Source of the DNA: Marsupella aquatica
Taxonomy: Eukaryota; Plantae; Marchantiophyta
Direction: 5' to 3'
Length of the DNA stretch: 64,000 nucleotides
Assembly: GCA_973895155.1 (NCBI GenBank)
Contig: OZ316894.1
Location: 20,466,451 to 20,530,450, forward strand
Shown here in pieces: positions 62,522 to 64,000 of the stretch; position 1 is the stretch's first letter; every line of letters begins with the position of its first letter. Under the pieces are notes generated by a model. It was not told where the DNA came from. It was given only the letters and a program-made list of their open reading frames with translations, and did no database searches. The translations under genes and the position numbers were made by a program.

Positions 62522-64000
62522 ATGGCGACGAGTATGGCTGCAAAGCGGCCGCTGTTGTTGTTCGGGGGAGTGCTGCTGCTCCTACTTTGCGCCGAAACTG
62601 CCACTGCTTTCTATCTTCCCGGCGTAGCACCCCATGACTTCAATGAGGGTGATGAAGTGCAAGTGAAGGTCAACAAGATTACATCGACCAAGACACAGCT
62701 TCCTTACGAGTACTACTCTCTGGATTACTGCTCACCCGACAAGATCGTAAATAGTGCGGAGAACTTGGGTGAGGTTCTGAGGGGGGATCGCATCGAGAAC
62801 TCACCGTACAAGTTCCAGATGAGGAAGAACATGCACTGCCAGGTTGTCTGCAAGAAGACGTTCACGGAGGAGACTGTGAAGGCGTTCAAGGAGAAGATCG
62901 ATGAGAACTATCGCGCTAACATGATCTTGGATAACCTCCCGGTGGCTGTGGCCCAGAGCGCCGTCGAAAACGAGGAAGGGTTCCCAAAGATCTACGACCG
63001 CGGCTTTCTTGTAGGAATTAAGGTGCCCTTCGAAGGCAGCACTGATCCGAAGTATTATATCAACAACCATTTGACCTTCAGTGTTTTGTATCACAAGGAT
63101 GCTGAATCGGACCTTGCTCGCATCGTGGGTTTCGAAGTGACGCCATTCAGTGTGAAGCATGATGGCAAGTCGGAAGATGGTGGCAAGATGGCCACATGCA
63201 TTCCCAACAATAAGCAGTACGCCAACGGAGGCCTTCCTCCTCAGGAAGTCGAGGTCGGCGAGATTGTCTTTTATACCTACGACGTAGAATTCAAAGAAAG
63301 TGACGTGAAGTGGGCTTCTCGATGGGATGCATACCTTTACATGTCTGATGACCAGATCCATTGGTTTTCGATCATCAACTCTCTCATGATCGTTCTGTTT
63401 TTGTCTGGTATGGTTGCCATGATCATGATGAGGACTCTTCATCGGGATATCACGAAGTACAATCAGCTCGAAACACAAGATGAGGCACAGGAAGAAACAG
63501 GTTGGAAGTTGGTGCACGGGGATGTTTTCAGGCCTCCACAGCGCGCTGGGTTGTTGACTGTGTACGTCGGAACCGGAGTGCAGTTTCTTGGGATGACTCT
63601 CGTCACCATGATGTTCGCCGTACTTGGATTCCTGTCTCCTGCCAACCGGGGTGGGTTGATGACGGCCATGTTACTCCTCTGGGTGTTCATGGGTCTGTTC
63701 GCGGGTTACGCATCGGCCAGACTCTACAAGGCGTTCCAAGGCACCGACTGGAAGTGGAACACATTGAAGACAGCATTCATGTTCCCTGGTTTTGTGTTCG
63801 TCATCTTCTTCTTCCTGAATGCCCTGATCTGGGAAGAAAAGTCCTCAGGAGCCGTGCCGTTCGGAACTATGCTTGCCCTCGTTTTCCTCTGGTTTGGCAT
63901 TTCAGTGCCTCTGGTTTTCATCGGAAGCTACTATGGATTTAAGAAGCCAGTGACTGAGAACCCTGTGAGAACCAACAAGATTCCGAGACAGATTCCGGAG
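62522..64000 (+). CDS. Transmembrane 9 superfamily (TM9SF/EMP70/nonaspanin; plant TMN7-10-like) protein, 3' end beyond the window
   Basis: Open frame of 493 codons: signal peptide, FYLPGVAP, VKVNKITSTKTQLPYEYYSL, AENLGEVLRGDRIENSPY, WASRWDAYL, IHWFSIINSL, EETGWKLVHGDVFRPP, LGFLSPANRGGL, PVRTNKIPRQIP. Absent from the ORF track, probably because no stop codon lies in the window. Confidence 0.98.
   Translation, partial: MATSMAAKRPLLLFGGVLLLLLCAETATAFYLPGVAPHDFNEGDEVQVKVNKITSTKTQLPYEYYSLDYCSPDKIVNSAENLGEVLRGDRIENSPYKFQMRKNMHCQVVCKKTFTEETVKAFKEKIDENYRANMILDNLPVAVAQSAVENEEGFPKIYDRGFLVGIKVPFEGSTDPKYYINNHLTFSVLYHKDAESDLARIVGFEVTPFSVKHDGKSEDGGKMATCIPNNKQYANGGLPPQEVEVGEIVFYTYDVEFKESDVKWASRWDAYLYMSDDQIHWFSIINSLMIVLFLSGMVAMIMMRTLHRDITKYNQLETQDEAQEETGWKLVHGDVFRPPQRAGLLTVYVGTGVQFLGMTLVTMMFAVLGFLSPANRGGLMTAMLLLWVFMGLFAGYASARLYKAFQGTDWKWNTLKTAFMFPGFVFVIFFFLNALIWEEKSSGAVPFGTMLALVFLWFGISVPLVFIGSYYGFKKPVTENPVRTNKIPRQIPE

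Noticed and set aside
62801-63942. ORF-track entries (238 aa minus, 146 aa plus, others) in the TM9SF region
   Set aside because: Antisense or alternative-frame shadows of the real TM9SF frame.

Overview
Eukaryotic nuclear DNA, most likely from a land plant; a bryophyte/liverwort is my inference, not shown by the sequence. The window is gene-poor and rich in repeats and transposon debris. The left end is a pogo/Tigger-type (DDE_1) DNA transposon. Its transposase is split by a 4507-bp TG...CA insertion with a 5-bp target duplication (AGCTG); this looks like a solo LTR but contains an ~867-codon ORF. Between the transposase and the probable right TIR lies a second, intact ORF encoding a BRCT-like protein. 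Further along are a tRNA-Gln(TTG) gene, an LTR/PBS remnant, and two diverged tandem paralogues on the minus strand. Each paralogue has two exons and encodes a small WRC zinc-finger protein with no QLQ or JmjC domain. The rest holds a Tourist-like MITE, a tRNA-derived SINE head, a MULE transposase remnant and many minisatellites. At the right end is the 5' part of a TM9SF/EMP70 (TMN) gene, with no intron in the 493 codons visible. No CRISPR array, rRNA gene or prokaryotic system was seen. All domain calls come from motif recognition by eye.
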